Assembly (NCBI GenBank): GCA_965370415.1
Contig: CBDUTJ010000006.1
Span: 28,496 to 92,495, forward strand
Direction: 5' to 3'
Length of the DNA: 64,000 nucleotides
DNA from: an uncultured bacterium
GTDB taxonomy: Bacteria; Cloacimonadota; Cloacimonadia; Cloacimonadales; TCS61
The translations under genes were made by a program, and so were the position numbers. Shown here in pieces: positions 38,705-47,549 of the stretch. The notes under the pieces were generated by a model. The model did no database searches and had not been told where the DNA came from. It saw only the letters and a program-made list of their open reading frames with translations. Numbering within the stretch: the stretch's first letter is position 1; each line of letters opens with the position of its first letter.

Positions 38705-38759
38705 TGTTTACTTTATGTCAAGTTTTATTTACATTATGTTGTGTTTTGTTTACCTTGGT
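38705..38759. promoter_or_regulatory. Three direct repeats T(G/A)TTTAC.TT(A/G).G at exact 21-bp spacing (38705, 38726, 38747): candidate operator array
   Basis: Read directly, 43-97 nt upstream of the XRE regulator start. Confidence 0.45.
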
Positions 38760-38764
38760 TTTCA

Positions 38765-38789
38765 ACACAGAGTCACAGAGACACAGAGA
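38765..38789. repeat. 3 x 8-bp tandem repeat (A/T)CACAGAG
   Basis: CACAGAG occurs at 38766, 38774 and 38782. Confidence 0.85.
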
Positions 38790-38857
38790 ACATGGTGTTA
38801 AAATTTGGTAAAACAGCATCGGCACGATCAGAAGTTTTGTTCTCCCCCATATTTTAG

Positions 38858-38934
38858 CTCCCCTTTAAAAGGGGAGAAGTCCGGCACCTATTTTAAAAAA
38901 GAATTTCTTTAAAAAAAGCAAATAGGTGCGGGAC
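38858..38934. repeat. Hairpin CTCCCCT-TTAAA-AGGGGAG followed by a 15-bp inverted repeat GTCCGGCACCTATTT-N26-AAATAGGTGCGGGAC
   Basis: Read directly. One mismatch in the 15-bp arms, and the loop is itself A/T-palindromic. Confidence 0.8.
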
Positions 38935-39053
38935 AGAAGGGTTTAACACACTTAACAGCAAACTTTTCACTCTATCTCCTTACAGAAAAATTAAATGGCT
39001 TGACGTAGATTAATAATTTTCTTTTTTTCACTTTTGTAACAAAGGATAAGGAA

Positions 39054-39161
39054 ATGGGATATTTACAAGAAGCTGAGAATAATTATTTACATAAAGTATG
39101 TAAAACGCAATCTACCATTTATGAAGTAGTTAAGCAACATCATGAAACAAAATTTAAATAA
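39054..39161 (+). CDS. Candidate 35-aa ORF coupled to the downstream membrane-protein gene
   Basis: Not in the supplied track. AAAGGATAAGGAA precedes the ATG, and its TAA ends 2 nt before the ATG at 39164. Confidence 0.25.
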   Translation: MGYLQEAENNYLHKVCKTQSTIYEVVKQHHETKFK

Positions 39162-39163
39162 AG

Positions 39164-39820
39164 ATGAGTAACATAATAATTAAAATTGCTGATATCTTTC
39201 TTGAAACAGAGGAATCATCATTTGATTGGAAAAAAGATAAAAGTATTATGATTTCATGGTATATTTTATTCTTTTTAGTTTTAATTGTGATATTATATAA
39301 AGGATTAATAAATTTACTTATGCCCCAATTAAGTAATTCTATTAAACTGACTTATATTTTCAGAATCGGAAATTTAAGCCTTGCAACTTTTATGATATTT
39401 GCTCTAGGACATTTAACCTTTCGATTTTATCGATTTATCATATATGCAAATAATAGGATTTATTTTATAAATATTATTTATTTCTATATAATGAGTATTT
39501 TACTTTTTAGTTATGCATATAACCTACTTAACCAAATCAACTCTGAGTTTTTTATATCAACAATTGACTTACCTGTACATTCAGAAACTTATGTTAATCA
39601 TGGTTTAATGAGATTCTTAACAGGTTTAAAGTTTATGCTATATAGTGCTTTGCAGAGCGTTACAGGTAATTTTAATGGTATAAACTCGAATTCTGTTATT
39701 GTAAGTATTTACAACTATTTACAGAACATTTATACTATATCTTTATTATCCTTATTGATTTCTACATTTGTAAGTAGAAATTCAAATAAACATTCAGATA
39801 AACATAATAACGTTGCCTAA
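39164..39820 (+). CDS. Multi-pass membrane protein, function unknown (possible pore-loop architecture)
   Basis: At least 3 N-terminal TM helices, then FMLYSALQSVTGNFNGI followed by a final TM helix. Extremely AT-rich. Confidence 0.5.
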   Translation: MSNIIIKIADIFLETEESSFDWKKDKSIMISWYILFFLVLIVILYKGLINLLMPQLSNSIKLTYIFRIGNLSLATFMIFALGHLTFRFYRFIIYANNRIYFINIIYFYIMSILLFSYAYNLLNQINSEFFISTIDLPVHSETYVNHGLMRFLTGLKFMLYSALQSVTGNFNGINSNSVIVSIYNYLQNIYTISLLSLLISTFVSRNSNKHSDKHNNVA

Positions 39821-39973
39821 CAATATGTATAAAAAATTACTGGATAGTAATAAAATTGAGTGTTTTAATTCGTTTCAAAATCGGTGTGTCTTGATAAAAA
39901 ATCGCTTCGAAGATAGTAACTTTTCATACACTAACCGTTAACAAATAATGTATAATCCCAGATTCCTTCTTAC

Positions 39974-40015
39974 ATTCCACTCCAGCAACTACCTAATAGG
40001 AATGAGAAAAATACT
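39974..40015. repeat. Degenerate remnant of the right end of the composite REP element (CATTCC...GGAATGAGAAAAATACT)
   Basis: 39999-40015 matches 46766-46786 (GGGAATGAGAAAAAAATACT) by eye. Confidence 0.5.
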
Positions 40016-40050
40016 TTGTTCGTTTTTGTTCGTTGTTACAAATCCTTAAG

Positions 40051-41712
40051 CTACAGAATCACACTTTCTTTATATTCACCGAATTCTTGACGTAACACAC
40101 CGCAGATCTCACCGAGAGTAGCATAAGCTTTTACTGCTTTCAGGATATGCAGCATCAGGTTATCATTTGAATTAGCTGCTTGGCGAATATTTTCCAGTTT
40201 GGTTTTTACAATCTTGTTATTTCGTTCACTCTTAACCAGCTTAAGTTTCTTGCACTGGTTCTCACCGATAACCGGGTTAACTTTCAAGAGTTCGGGTCTG
40301 GTTTTTTCTTCTGCCGTAAATTCGTTCACGCCCACTACAATCCGTTCTTTGCTTTCAATGGATCTCTGATAATCATAAGCGCTGTTCTGAATATGCTGCT
40401 GCACGAATCCTTTTTCGATAGCAGAGACCATTCCGCCCATTTCTTCTATTTCATCGATCATTTCTTCTGCTTCTTTTATCATATCGGAAGTAAGTGATTC
40501 CACATAATAAGAGCCAGCCAGCGGATCGATCGTATTGGTTACTCCGCTTTCATGTGCAACTATCTGCTGGGTACGAAGTGCGATCTGAACAGAATCTTCT
40601 GTGGGAAGAGCCAGAGCTTCATCACGAGAATTTGTGTGTAGGGATTGTGTTCCTCCCAGAACTGCTGCCAGGGTTTGAATAGCCACCCGAACAATATTAT
40701 TATCCGGTTGTTGGGCTGTGAGAGTGCATCCGGCAGTCTGTGTGTGAAAGCGCAGCATCAAGCTTTTGAGATTTGCAGCTCCAAATTTTTCTTTCATTAT
40801 CTTTGCCCACAAAAAACGTGCAGCACGGAATTTTGCAACTTCTTCCAAGAGGTCGTTATGTGCATTGAAGAAAAAAGAAAGTCGAGGAGCAAAATCATCT
40901 ACATTCATGCCGCTTTCGATAGCAGCTTTCACATAAGCAATTCCGTCTGCCAGGGTGAATGCTACTTCCTGAGCTGCTGTGGAACCTGCTTCTCTAATGT
41001 GATATCCAGAAATCGATATTGTATTCCAGTTTGGAACTTCTTTGCTGCAAAATTCAAATGTGTCGGTAATTAATCTCATGGAAGGTTTGGGTGGGAAAAT
41101 GTAAGTTCCACGAGCAATGTATTCCTTTAAAATATCATTCTGGATAGTTCCTCTTAATTGATCAGCAGAAACTCCCTGTTTTTCTGCCACAACGATATAC
41201 ATTGCCAGCAGCACAGCAGCGGGAGCATTTATGGTCATGGAGGTGGAAACTTTATCGAGTGGGATTCCATCAAAAAGAACTTCCATATCTGCCAGTGAAT
41301 CGATGGCAACACCAACCTTTCCCACTTCGCCTTCGCTCATCAGGTGATCGCTGTCATAACCCATTTGCGTGGGAAGATCGAAAGCAATGCTGAGTCCTGT
41401 CTGTCCTTTTTGCAGCAGGAATTTGTATCTTTCATTGGATTCCTGTGCATTTCCAAAACCAGCATATTGACGCATCGTCCATAAGCGTCCTCGATACATT
41501 GTGGGCTGAACTCCGCGGGTGTACGGATAAACTCCGGGAAAACCGAGAGATTCTTCATAACTTATATTTTCTGTATCTTCTTTTGTATAAATTCTTTCAA
41601 CTTCTTTATCTGAACCGGTGAGGAATTTTTCCTTTCTTTCCGGGAATCTGCTTAAAGTTTTTTCCACAGACTTTTTAAAAAGTTCTTTCTGTTCATCGAA
41701 TGACTTTGGCAT
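40051..41712 (-). CDS. Methylmalonyl-CoA mutase-family large subunit (catalytic TIM-barrel domain only)
   Basis: [26 protein letters not shown] and [18 protein letters not shown]. At 553 aa it lacks a fused B12-binding domain. Confidence 0.85.
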   Translation of the reverse strand: MPKSFDEQKELFKKSVEKTLSRFPERKEKFLTGSDKEVERIYTKEDTENISYEESLGFPGVYPYTRGVQPTMYRGRLWTMRQYAGFGNAQESNERYKFLLQKGQTGLSIAFDLPTQMGYDSDHLMSEGEVGKVGVAIDSLADMEVLFDGIPLDKVSTSMTINAPAAVLLAMYIVVAEKQGVSADQLRGTIQNDILKEYIARGTYIFPPKPSMRLITDTFEFCSKEVPNWNTISISGYHIREAGSTAAQEVAFTLADGIAYVKAAIESGMNVDDFAPRLSFFFNAHNDLLEEVAKFRAARFLWAKIMKEKFGAANLKSLMLRFHTQTAGCTLTAQQPDNNIVRVAIQTLAAVLGGTQSLHTNSRDEALALPTEDSVQIALRTQQIVAHESGVTNTIDPLAGSYYVESLTSDMIKEAEEMIDEIEEMGGMVSAIEKGFVQQHIQNSAYDYQRSIESKERIVVGVNEFTAEEKTRPELLKVNPVIGENQCKKLKLVKSERNNKIVKTKLENIRQAANSNDNLMLHILKAVKAYATLGEICGVLRQEFGEYKESVIL

Positions 41713-41800
41713 AACATTCTCCTGATCAATGTTTTATGTTCAATTCGTATATTACATGTTTTATGTCAAATATAAAAGGTTTGTACAGCTTACAAATAAA

Positions 41801-42613
41801 TTACACAATTGAAATAAAAATAATTACAATTACAAATAATATTCCTATAATTATAAAACCCTTTCTCACAAGCGTTTTTTCATATTCCATATCTCTTGAT
41901 GGAAAATAAAAACTCTCTTTATCAATTTCTTTCTTATAACGGTTTTGAATTATAAATACAGGCATAAAGGAACTAATCATGATCGAAATATAGCCCAATA
42001 ATGCTACTATAATTTTCACTTCAGTAACTGTTATAATTGAAAATATCACAAAAAGTAATAACCATTCTATGAATATAATAAATGTTAGTCTAATTCCCCA
42101 TTTCTGCATTATTTCAGCATTGAAGATGGCTCTTGTAAATTTGAAAAGCTTCTTATGGTAATAGACTTCAGATTTTCTTGAAGCATCTAAACCTTTTTTC
42201 ATTTCGATCACAAATTCGTATGCATCCTTGAAAACCAGGAAAATCCTGATTTTTTGCTCATTTGTATATAGTTTTATGGATGACCTATTGTGAAAAAATG
42301 TGAATTTCATTTTCTTTACATCATTAAAAGGAATTGTTTTTGTGGATCTGCGATTTGTATATATTATCTGCTTGGAATCGATACTTGCTTTAATGCCATA
42401 TACCCTGTGATTATTGTATAACTGAATTCCAAACAATAAAAGACAATATACAATAACAAAAATAATCTGATCTATTGAATCTTCAAAGATTTCACCGTAT
42501 TTAATAAAGTAAATAATCGGATAATATACAAAAAATGATGCCATAATCCAAATCAGAATAATTGAAAAAAAAGCATTTTCTTTATGTTCCTTTCCAGGCT
42601 TGTATTTTTTCAT
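41801..42613 (-). CDS. Membrane protein, function unknown
   Basis: Start moved to MKKYKPG (42613). TM pairs flank a soluble middle segment. AT-rich. Confidence 0.5.
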   Translation of the reverse strand: MKKYKPGKEHKENAFFSIILIWIMASFFVYYPIIYFIKYGEIFEDSIDQIIFVIVYCLLLFGIQLYNNHRVYGIKASIDSKQIIYTNRRSTKTIPFNDVKKMKFTFFHNRSSIKLYTNEQKIRIFLVFKDAYEFVIEMKKGLDASRKSEVYYHKKLFKFTRAIFNAEIMQKWGIRLTFIIFIEWLLLFVIFSIITVTEVKIIVALLGYISIMISSFMPVFIIQNRYKKEIDKESFYFPSRDMEYEKTLVRKGFIIIGILFVIVIIFISIV

Positions 42614-42708
42614 AATTTTCCTTCTTACATAAATCACTATATATTCCGATTATTGTCAAATAAAAAAGCGGCATTTCTACCGCTTTCAATTCTATCTTTT
42701 ATTATATA

Positions 42709-43890
42709 TTAAATAATTCCAACTGCTTTACCGATCTTTTCAAATTTTTCCAGGGCTTCATCGAGCTGCTTCCTGGTGTGAGTAGCCATAAAGCTGGTGC
42801 GGATAAGTGTGTCATTTGGAGGAACGGCTGGCGGAACAACCGGATTTATAAAAACACCTTCATCATCGAGTTGTTTCCACATTTTAAAGGCATTCATCAT
42901 ATCTCCCACGTGAAGCGGTATAACCGGTGTACAGGAAGTTCCTGTATTATATCCCATAGCTTTAAAATTTTCCATCATATAATGTGTATTTTCCCAGAGT
43001 TTATCTATGCGTTCCGGTTCTTCTTTCATGATCTTCATTGCTTCTAATACTGTGGCAGCAGAAGCTGGTGGCAGTGATGCGCTGAAAATTAACGAACGGG
43101 CATGATGTTTGAGGAAATGTATAACCTCTTTGCTGCCGGCGATAAATCCACCCACAGAAGCCAACGATTTACTGAAAGTTCCCATAATTAATTCAACATC
43201 ATCTGTGCAGCCAAAATGCATGGCAGCGCCTGCACCCGTTTTGTGCAGAACTCCCAACGAATGTGCTTCGTCCACCATTACACTGGCACCATGTTTCTTT
43301 GCCAGTTTGCAGATATTAGGAACATCCGCAATGTCACCTTCCATACTGAAAATTCCATCAACAACTATCAGAGCACCTTTCCCTGCCACTTTGTTCTTCA
43401 GAACCGTATCGAGATGTTTCATATTATTATGATTGAATCGTACCATTTTTCCCTGGGAAAGCATACAGCCATCCAGAATTGAAGCATGATCGAATTTATC
43501 AGTAACGATATATTCTCCCTTATCCACCATAGCAGAGATGGCACCCAAATTTGCCATATAACCTGCAGCAAAAGCCAGCGAAGCTTCCTTGCCAACCAGT
43601 TTGGCCAGTTTATCCTCAAGCTCTATATGAATGTCCAGAGTTCCGTTCAGGAAGCGGGAACCGGCACAACCAGTGCCATATTTATCGGTTGCCTTTTTGG
43701 CAGCTTCTATTACGCGCGGATGATTGGTGAGACCCAGGTAGCTGTTCGAGCCCATCATCAACATACGTTTACCATTACAGCTTACTTCGGTATCCTGTTC
43801 AGAATCTATAATCCTGAAATACGGATAATGACCCAAAGCCATAATTTCTTTAGCAAGGGTAAATCCTTTAACTTTATCGAGTAAACTCAT
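42709..43890 (-). CDS. Alpha-oxoamine synthase family PLP enzyme (2-amino-3-ketobutyrate CoA ligase / AONS / SPT-like)
   Basis: GSNSYLGL, GSRFLNGT, VDEAHS.G and GTFSKSLAS.GGF with the PLP lysine. Substrate not resolvable by eye. Confidence 0.75.
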   Translation of the reverse strand: MSLLDKVKGFTLAKEIMALGHYPYFRIIDSEQDTEVSCNGKRMLMMGSNSYLGLTNHPRVIEAAKKATDKYGTGCAGSRFLNGTLDIHIELEDKLAKLVGKEASLAFAAGYMANLGAISAMVDKGEYIVTDKFDHASILDGCMLSQGKMVRFNHNNMKHLDTVLKNKVAGKGALIVVDGIFSMEGDIADVPNICKLAKKHGASVMVDEAHSLGVLHKTGAGAAMHFGCTDDVELIMGTFSKSLASVGGFIAGSKEVIHFLKHHARSLIFSASLPPASAATVLEAMKIMKEEPERIDKLWENTHYMMENFKAMGYNTGTSCTPVIPLHVGDMMNAFKMWKQLDDEGVFINPVVPPAVPPNDTLIRTSFMATHTRKQLDEALEKFEKIGKAVGII

Positions 43891-43968
43891 TTAACCTTCT
43901 TTAAATATTTTATTTAAAATTCAAAAGCAGATTTTCAATATACACTGTCAACAAAATAAAGTTTTTGA

Positions 43969-44086
43969 CTCTCATTACGAAGCTTCCGCTTCGTAATGCA
44001 CTAACTTTAGAAGCTGCCGCTTCCATAGTGCGAAGTAAAAACTTCGCAGGTTATTGCATTCCCAACTGGAAAGTTGGGAATGAGAG
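43969..44086. repeat. Composite REP element copy 1: four hairpins (43973-43998, 44010-44023, 44030-44047, 44057-44082) bounded by CTCTCATT / AATGAGAG
   Basis: All stems read directly: CATTACGAAGC-TTCC-GCTTCGTAATG; GAAGC-TGCC-GCTTC; GCGAAGT-AAAA-ACTTCGC; CATTCCCAACT-GGAA-AGTTGGGAATG. Confidence 0.85.
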
Positions 44087-44091
44087 AAAGT

Positions 44092-46638
44092 TTATTTCAT
44101 CAATAGCATTTTGCGGGTAAAAGTATTATCTCCTGCGATCAACTTGTAAAAATAAACTCCGCTGGAAACCGGTTTTCCGGAATCATCAGTACCGTCCCAT
44201 AATATTTCTCTCGCCCCTCCCGATAAATCGGGATTTGGGAACGTATCAAAAACTTTTACTTTCTGTCCCTTCAAATTATAAATGACAAGTTTTGCGTTCA
44301 CAGCATCCTCTGCGGTTAAAGATAATGAAATAGTTGTTGTTGGATTGAAAGGATTAGGATAATTCCCCAAAAGTTTTGTCTCCAGAGTTAAAATATTATC
44401 CGCTGATACAAATAAGATTTCAAATTCTATCGGATTGGATTCAAATAAGTATTCATAAAAAGCTGTAAGCCCTACTAAGTAGGTTTGACCACTAATAAGA
44501 TCATATATATCATAGGAAAGTTCAGTCGTTTCTTCCAGTAACTCTCCATTCAGGTAAATCCTGTAATTCAGAAATGGAAATGTACTTCCCGGTTCAGGTT
44601 CCTGCCAGGTTAGATGAATATGGTCATCCATTATTTCATAGGAAGCATTTGTAGGAGGATAACATATATATCCCCAACCATCATCAATAATTATTTCTGA
44701 TTCACCTTCTTCATAAACGGCAGAAACTCCGGTAATGTATTGCTGTCCAGGTGTAAGATTGGTATATTGATATTCAAATACATCTATACCAACTGTAGCT
44801 AAAGGAAATGTCATATCATCCAGGTATACGTTATAACCAATTAATGTTGCATTTGAATATTCCGGAGGTTCCCAGAAAATAATCCACATAAAAGGATTTA
44901 ATACAACGTTTGTTGGTGGATTGAGTGGATGAGGACATATAAATTCTGCCCCAACTAATTCAGATGAGCCAGCTTCGTAATTTGCACATACTTCAGCTAA
45001 GTAATTTTGCCCGTATACTAAATCAGTAAATATCCAAGTCTGCTCATTTGTAGCTGCCACATGACATCCATCTAAAAAAACACAATAATGTCCAAGAGGA
45101 TCAGGAGGTGATGTACTTCCCGGCTCTGGTGGATCCCATGTAAATATAGCACAGTTATTATCAATTGTAACTTCAGGATTCTGCGGTGGATTGAGGATGT
45201 GAGGAATATAAATTGTTGTATCAATTATTGCAGATTCATAAGCTCCCTCATAAACATAACTAACTCCATAAGTATATTCACCCAGAAAAATAAACGGGAT
45301 AAAAATTAATGGACTAGTTATTAAGCATCCTATAAGTACACCGTTTTCATAAAGATTCCATCCAATAATAAACAATGGTAATGTAGGATATGCAATTCCA
45401 GTTGGACCTAAGATTAACACAGAGTTTCCACTTACTGATACCAAAAATGATGTAGGTGGTGCATAAGGCGACAATGTCGGTTCATAATCCACAATTCCAT
45501 AAGCAGGATTATCGTTACCGTCAATTATAGAAACATTGATAGGTGGATCGGTATCCCAAACAGTATTTTCAGCTTTCACATCCATGGCACTGGCGTTGTA
45601 AACGCTATATTCCTCGCCTGTATAAAAAATATTATCATAAATGCAATTATAACCATCATCGTCTGTGCTGGTGTTTTCCAGATCGCCCAGATTGGCTGTG
45701 GCATCAGAAGCAAGATAAAAACCTGTATAATTTCCGGTAACCTCATTGTAAGTGAATGTGCCATCTGCTCCGCTTCCATAAAGCATTACACCTGCACCGG
45801 AATCTGGATTATTTTCCATAAAATTATGATGAATGTGATTATGCGCATAATAACCTTTTGCATTGTATAAATAGATGCCGGTATAATTATATGAAATTAT
45901 ATTGTTCTCCACGGTGGGAGCCATCTCATTATAATTGAACAAATTACCCATCGTAATGCCCTGCTTGCCGTTGTGATGAATATAAGAATTGGAAATGGTA
46001 GGGCTACAATCGTGGGCACTGTTTTGTAATGCAAGCTGGATGGCAGCATAAAATTGAGCTCCCAGTCCACATTGTGTAACTTCGCAGGAATCCACCAGCA
46101 CATTGGAATTATCTGTGATCAATATTCCATTTTTCTCACAATAAGCAACTTTGGAATTCTTAATTTCCATTAAGGATGGTGTAGTTCCGGTCAAAGCAGA
46201 AAAGTGCACTCCTTTTTGGTGGTCATCTATGTATGAATGATTAATCAAAACCAGACTATTTATGGAATAAATTCCATAATCATTCGTATCATTAGTGTTG
46301 GAAATGCGGCAGTGAATGAATTCACTTTGCACGGTTTCGTTTTCCAGGCGAATTCCTCCCCAGTTCAATCCATTATTCCCATGAAACCGGATCGAGTCGT
46401 TTTGGGTACCAATAGACAGAATATTTCCCAATGCTGTGATCCTGTAATTTCCCATAGCAATTACTTCTACGCCTGCTTGTATTTCCAGGGTTTCACCAGC
46501 AGGAACGGTGATTTCTCCTATCATATTGTAGGGATTATTATCGGGTGACCAGATACCCGATTGGTTACCGGATACATCAATTGCGATGAGAGAAATGGTG
46601 AAAAGTGTTAATATAGAACTAATTAATATTTTTTTCAT
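44092..46638 (-). CDS. Secreted parallel-beta-helix + 3x FN3-like protein with a T9SS-type / FlgD-Ig-like C-terminal sorting domain
   Basis: Signal peptide. Repeated N/G-rich beta-helix turns. FN3-like W.PPEPGST modules. C-terminal NYPNPFNP...IYNLKGQKV...WDGTDDSGKPVSSGVYFYKL. Confidence 0.8.
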   Translation of the reverse strand: MKKILISSILTLFTISLIAIDVSGNQSGIWSPDNNPYNMIGEITVPAGETLEIQAGVEVIAMGNYRITALGNILSIGTQNDSIRFHGNNGLNWGGIRLENETVQSEFIHCRISNTNDTNDYGIYSINSLVLINHSYIDDHQKGVHFSALTGTTPSLMEIKNSKVAYCEKNGILITDNSNVLVDSCEVTQCGLGAQFYAAIQLALQNSAHDCSPTISNSYIHHNGKQGITMGNLFNYNEMAPTVENNIISYNYTGIYLYNAKGYYAHNHIHHNFMENNPDSGAGVMLYGSGADGTFTYNEVTGNYTGFYLASDATANLGDLENTSTDDDGYNCIYDNIFYTGEEYSVYNASAMDVKAENTVWDTDPPINVSIIDGNDNPAYGIVDYEPTLSPYAPPTSFLVSVSGNSVLILGPTGIAYPTLPLFIIGWNLYENGVLIGCLITSPLIFIPFIFLGEYTYGVSYVYEGAYESAIIDTTIYIPHILNPPQNPEVTIDNNCAIFTWDPPEPGSTSPPDPLGHYCVFLDGCHVAATNEQTWIFTDLVYGQNYLAEVCANYEAGSSELVGAEFICPHPLNPPTNVVLNPFMWIIFWEPPEYSNATLIGYNVYLDDMTFPLATVGIDVFEYQYTNLTPGQQYITGVSAVYEEGESEIIIDDGWGYICYPPTNASYEIMDDHIHLTWQEPEPGSTFPFLNYRIYLNGELLEETTELSYDIYDLISGQTYLVGLTAFYEYLFESNPIEFEILFVSADNILTLETKLLGNYPNPFNPTTTISLSLTAEDAVNAKLVIYNLKGQKVKVFDTFPNPDLSGGAREILWDGTDDSGKPVSSGVYFYKLIAGDNTFTRKMLLMK

Positions 46639-46656
46639 TTTTTCTCCTTTTTAACT

Positions 46657-46776
46657 CTCTCATTACGAAGCTTCTGCTTCGTAATGCATTTACCCCGGAA
46701 GCCTCTGATTCCATATAGATGCGAAGTAAAAACTTCGCACATTATTGCATTCCCAACTAGAAAGTTGGGAATGAGA
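46657..46776. repeat. Composite REP element copy 2, same orientation (hairpins 46661-46686, 46697-46712 degenerate, 46721-46738, 46748-46773)
   Basis: About 85% identical to copy 1 by eye. Begins CTCTCATT and ends AATGAGA. Confidence 0.85.
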
Positions 46777-46810
46777 AAAAAATACTGAACCGATACCTAC
46801 AAATCAATCT

Positions 46811-46862
46811 GTTTCCGAACTTTCCAGTTCGGAAACCAATAACATTAGAAGCTTCTGCTTCT
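46811..46862. repeat. REP hairpins GTTTCCGAACT-TTCC-AGTTCGGAAAC (46811-46836) and AGAAGC-TTCT-GCTTCT (46847-46862)
   Basis: Read directly. The second hairpin ends 2 nt from the RAYT stop codon. Confidence 0.85.
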
Positions 46863-47440
46863 CTCAAATCTCAATCCTATCTAGCTCGATAATTATCGAA
46901 TCATCCCAACCTTTGTTATTAGCTGAACTATATTTCCAATCCTCGGGATTGTTGACAAAACCACGTTTCACTGGATTATAGTGTAAATATTCTACTTTTT
47001 GTGCAAGCATTTTATTAGAAGATATCAACTGAGGATGAAAACCTTCCTGCCAGATTTGATAATTAGTAATTTTATGTTTCTTTTTATAAAACTTCATTAA
47101 ATCATATTTCCATTTATAATTATCATTCTTCAATTCATCAAGTATCCTATCTGCTGTATATCCCTTCAAAGAGCGCATTACATCAGACAATTTTGGATGA
47201 GATACGATCAAATGAAAATGATTATCCATAATTACATAATAAAACAACTTTAAAGCTTTTTCTGTTTTACAAAAATTCAGAGAATCAATAATTATTCTAA
47301 AATATTTTTCAGAGGTGAAGATAGGAATCCATTCGATAATTGTAGCGCTTACAAAATAAATTCCATTTGATTCAACAACTTTGTAACTACTTCTCATAAT
47401 TGTTCTCTCAAAGCCTCTCTCATTACGAAGCTTCCGCTTC
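46847..47440 (-). mobile_element. RAYT gene with flanking GAAGCTTCYGCTTC hairpins
   Basis: Hairpins at 46847-46862 and 47427-47440 share the core and orientation and bracket the ORF. Confidence 0.6.
46864..47397 (-). CDS. REP-associated tyrosine transposase (RAYT; IS200/IS605-type Y1 HUH transposase fold)
   Basis: HUH motif MDNHFHLIV and tyrosine motif VEYLHYNPVKRGFV. 177 aa, flanked on both sides by REP hairpins, with no TnpB-like partner. Confidence 0.8.
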   Translation of the reverse strand: MRSSYKVVESNGIYFVSATIIEWIPIFTSEKYFRIIIDSLNFCKTEKALKLFYYVIMDNHFHLIVSHPKLSDVMRSLKGYTADRILDELKNDNYKWKYDLMKFYKKKHKITNYQIWQEGFHPQLISSNKMLAQKVEYLHYNPVKRGFVNNPEDWKYSSANNKGWDDSIIIELDRIEI

Positions 47441-47501
47441 CTCTTTAAGGCGAAGTAGAAACTTCGCGTTTTATCTTCTTCCCAAGCAGAAGCTTAGGAA
47501 G
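47417..47501. repeat. Truncated/divergent composite REP copy 3 (CTCTCATTACGAAGCTTCCGCTTC.., GCGAAGT-AGAA-ACTTCGC at 47450-47467, CTTCCCAAGC-AGAA-GCTTAGGAAG at 47478-47501)
   Basis: Read directly. The first hairpin lacks its GTAATG arm. Confidence 0.75.
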
Positions 47502-47549
47502 GAGGATTTATTACTTTCACAAATAAAATTGGGAAAAAGTGAAATTCAG

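Noticed and set aside
43969-47501. Possibility that the repeated hairpins form a CRISPR array
   Set aside because: The repeats are of several different sequences, are irregularly spaced, are separated by genes rather than uniform spacers, and no cas genes are present.
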